Source: Gammaproteobacteria bacterium (lineage in GTDB: Bacteria; Pseudomonadota; Gammaproteobacteria; JBCCGL01). Taken from it: a stretch of DNA of 64,000 bases. Below are positions 61,543-64,000 of the stretch, piece by piece. The notes beneath the pieces are model-generated. The model searched no databases. It saw nothing but the letters and a program-made list of their open reading frames with translations, and was not told the DNA's origin. Location: assembly GCA_965277715.1 (NCBI GenBank), contig OZ255836.1:896001-960000 (forward strand), written 5' to 3'. How positions within the stretch are numbered: the first letter of the stretch is position 1; each line of letters starts with the position of its first letter. The position numbers and the translations under genes are program-made.

Positions 61543-62334
61543 ATGTCCAATAATCACGTAAGCGACGAGATCCTGCTCAGTGTTGAAAATGTCAGCCTGG
61601 CATTTGGTGGTGTGAAAGCACTCAACGGGGTCAATTTCGATATTCGCAAAGGCGAAATTCGCGCCATTATCGGGCCAAATGGTGCGGGCAAAAGCTCCAT
61701 GCTTAATGTGATCAATGGCTTTTACCATCCACAGGAAGGCACGATTACCTATAAAGGCCACACGCGCAAACAGATGCAACCCTATGTTGCCGCCAGCCAG
61801 GGAATAGCCCGTACATTTCAGAACATCGCCTTGTTCAAAGGAATGAGCACCCTGGATAACATCATGACCGGGCGCAATCTGAAAATGAAAACCAATCTGT
61901 TTTGGCAGGGTTTATACCTCGGTCCGGCCAAGGCGGAAGAGCTGGCCAACCGCGAAGTGGTTGAAGGCATCATCGATTTTTTGGATATTCAGGCGATCCG
62001 CAAAAAACCGGTGGGTAAGCTGCCCTATGGGCTGCAAAAACGGGTTGAACTGGGTAGGGCACTGGCCGCCGAGCCGGATCTGTTACTGCTCGACGAACCG
62101 ATGGCGGGCATGAACAGCGAAGAAAAGGAGGATATGTCGCGCTTTATTATCGATGTGAATACCGAGTTTGGCACCACTATCGTGTTGATTGAGCACGACA
62201 TGAGTGTCGTGATGGATTTATCTGACAGAGTAGTGGTACTCGACTACGGTCGCCAGCTCGCCGATGGGTTGCCCCATGAAATACGTGCCAATAAAGAAGT
62301 GATCGAAGCGTATTTAGGCGTGGCACATGACTGA
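61543..62334 (+). CDS. Liv-type ABC transporter ATP-binding protein
   Basis: IGPNGAGKS, GIARTFQN, LPYGLQKRVELGRAL, LDEP and V.EAYLG. Confidence 0.9.
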   Translation: MSNNHVSDEILLSVENVSLAFGGVKALNGVNFDIRKGEIRAIIGPNGAGKSSMLNVINGFYHPQEGTITYKGHTRKQMQPYVAASQGIARTFQNIALFKGMSTLDNIMTGRNLKMKTNLFWQGLYLGPAKAEELANREVVEGIIDFLDIQAIRKKPVGKLPYGLQKRVELGRALAAEPDLLLLDEPMAGMNSEEKEDMSRFIIDVNTEFGTTIVLIEHDMSVVMDLSDRVVVLDYGRQLADGLPHEIRANKEVIEAYLGVAHD

Positions 62335-62367
62335 TTGCATCTGGCTTACCAGCGGAGATACTGTACG

Positions 62368-63264
62368 GTGATATTTTTTATTGAAGTAGTGCTCAGCGGC
62401 TTAATGGCAGGCGTTATGTACTCGCTGGTCGCGCTGGGTTTTGTATTGATCTTTAAGGCATCGGGCATTTTTAATTTTGCCCAGGGTGTCATGGCGCTGT
62501 TTGCCGCGCTGACCCTGGTCGGCCTGATGGAAAAATTTGGGTTGCCGGTATGGCTGGCAATCATCGGCACGATGCTGGTGATGATTGCGCTGGCCTGGCT
62601 TATCGAAAGAATGATGCTGCGCCATCTGGTTAACCAGGAACCCATCATTCTGTTTATGGCAACCATTGGCCTGGCCTATGTGCTGGAAGGCTTCGGCGAT
62701 ATTTTGTGGGGGTCAGATGTCAAAGTGCTGGACATTGGTATTCCCCAGGGGGCCTCTGACTGGATGCTGGACACCTTTGACATCTATGTCGAAAAACTGG
62801 AGGTTTTCGCTGCGGTAACCGCTGCGGTGCTGGTGGCATTTTTGGCCCTGTTCTTTCAGAAAACCCGTGTTGGGCGTGCGCTGCGAGCGGTTGCCGACGA
62901 TCACCAGGCGGCGCTTTCAGTGGGTATTTCCCTGCATTCCATCTGGGTGGTTGTCTGGTCTGTATCCGGTATTGTCGCGCTGGTTGCCGGGATTATGTGG
63001 GGGTCTAAATCCGGGGTGCAGTTCTCACTTTCGCTGATTGCGCTAAAAGCCCTGCCGGTATTGATTCTCGGTGGTTTTACCTCCGTACCGGGCGCGATTG
63101 TCGGTGGCATTATTATCGGTGTTGGCGAAAAAGTCGCCGAGGTGTATCTGGGGCCAACCGTTGGTGGTGCCATTGAAAACTGGTTTGCGTATATGCTGGC
63201 ATTGGGGTTTTTGCTGTTTCGACCGCAGGGCCTGTTTGGCGAACGCATAATAGAAAGGGTGTAG
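62368..63264 (+). CDS. Liv-type ABC transporter permease (LivH-like)
   Basis: YSLVALGFVLIFKASGIFNFAQG, GRALRAVADD, LGGFTS and RPQGLFG. Confidence 0.9.
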   Translation: MIFFIEVVLSGLMAGVMYSLVALGFVLIFKASGIFNFAQGVMALFAALTLVGLMEKFGLPVWLAIIGTMLVMIALAWLIERMMLRHLVNQEPIILFMATIGLAYVLEGFGDILWGSDVKVLDIGIPQGASDWMLDTFDIYVEKLEVFAAVTAAVLVAFLALFFQKTRVGRALRAVADDHQAALSVGISLHSIWVVVWSVSGIVALVAGIMWGSKSGVQFSLSLIALKALPVLILGGFTSVPGAIVGGIIIGVGEKVAEVYLGPTVGGAIENWFAYMLALGFLLFRPQGLFGERIIERV

Positions 63265-63265
63265 C

Positions 63266-64000
63266 ATGTTTTACCGTGAAACAGGGCAATTCAAGGCCCA
63301 CTATAGTGATGATCAGGCACTGTTCCCGATTGCCCAGGATCGCTATGTAATCTATACGGTACTGCTGATCACCTTTGTCGTTGTCCCCCTAGTGGCCAAT
63401 GAATACTGGGTTAATGCGATACTGTTGCCGTTTCTTATCTATGCCCTGGCGGCGCTGGGGCTGAATATTCTCACTGGTTATTGTGGGCAGGTTTCACTCG
63501 GTACGGGTGGCTTTATGGCGGTGGGTGCGTTTTCGATTTACAAACTGATGGTTGCGTTTCCGGCGCTGGGCTTTATCCCGCTGGTAATTATTTCTGGCTT
63601 GATTACAGCGGTTGTTGGCACGTTGTTTGGTCTGCCGTCATTGCGTATCAAGGGGTTTTACCTGGCGGTGGCGACCCTGGCGGCGCAGTTTTTTCTGATC
63701 TGGCTATTTAATAAAGTGGGTTGGTTCTTTAACTATAATGCGACAGGTATGATTACCTCACCACCGATGACAATGTTTGGCGTGCTTATCACTGGCCCCG
63801 AGGCGGCACCTGCCGCGAAGTACTTAATGTGTGCCAGCATCGTCGCTGTATTTGCGCTAGTGGCGAAGAACCTGGCACGGGGGCGCATTGGGCGCAACTG
63901 GATGGCGATCCGCGATATGGATATTGCCGCTGAACTCATTGGGGTTCGACCGCTTATTGCCAAACTGTCTGCATTCGCTGTGTCATCTTTCTATATCGGT
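63266..64000 (+). CDS. Liv-type ABC transporter permease (LivM-like), 3' end outside window
   Basis: Read directly from the sequence: MFYRETGQFK...GLNILTGYCGQVSLGTGGFMAVG...PSLRIKGFYLAVATL...GRNWMAIRDMD; open to the window end. Confidence 0.88.
   Translation, partial: MFYRETGQFKAHYSDDQALFPIAQDRYVIYTVLLITFVVVPLVANEYWVNAILLPFLIYALAALGLNILTGYCGQVSLGTGGFMAVGAFSIYKLMVAFPALGFIPLVIISGLITAVVGTLFGLPSLRIKGFYLAVATLAAQFFLIWLFNKVGWFFNYNATGMITSPPMTMFGVLITGPEAAPAAKYLMCASIVAVFALVAKNLARGRIGRNWMAIRDMDIAAELIGVRPLIAKLSAFAVSSFYIG

Noticed and set aside
36-63963. Many short overlapping or antisense ORFs in the ORF track (e.g. 2563-3153, 24350-24934, 53209-53772)
   Set aside because: They are shadows of well-supported genes with no recognisable motifs.

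Overview
A 64-kb chromosomal window, most likely from a gammaproteobacterium and possibly a sulfur-oxidiser lineage, since it carries a DsrH with Cys20. The core genes are: the gyrA-pheA-hisC-tyrA-aroA-cmk-rpsA-ihfB-lapB superoperon (lacking serC, lapA and pyrF); motY; dsrH and cysG; cbtBA under a cobalamin riboswitch; a fused indolepyruvate:ferredoxin oxidoreductase; tRNA-Asn and uvrB; yciO-scpA-scpB; rapA; avtA; a MocR regulator divergent from mmsA; hinT; a PduO-type adenosyltransferase; yadGH; and an acyl-CoA ligase/Liv-type ABC operon with a LiuR-like palindrome. Three accessory segments stand out. (1) A tRNA-Asn islet carries a DUF1778/GNAT toxin-antitoxin pair and a probable serine-recombinase remnant. 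(2) A ~9.5-kb segment (25.0-34.5 kb) holds a BTAD/TPR (SARP-like) regulator and an operon for a soluble PAP2/vanadium-haloperoxidase-like enzyme with a Met-rich tandem repeat, a SAM methyltransferase and a signal-less metzincin protease. This operon is preceded by three heptamers spaced 11 bp apart and is the best candidate for an undescribed peptide-modification or signalling system. (3) A ~2-kb islet bounded by direct repeats contains an antitoxin, a relE with two nonsense codons, a VOC gene and an orphan 3-repeat type I-F CRISPR array. Several families of small palindromic or MITE-like repeats are dispersed across the window. All product calls come from recognising motifs by eye; no database searches were run.
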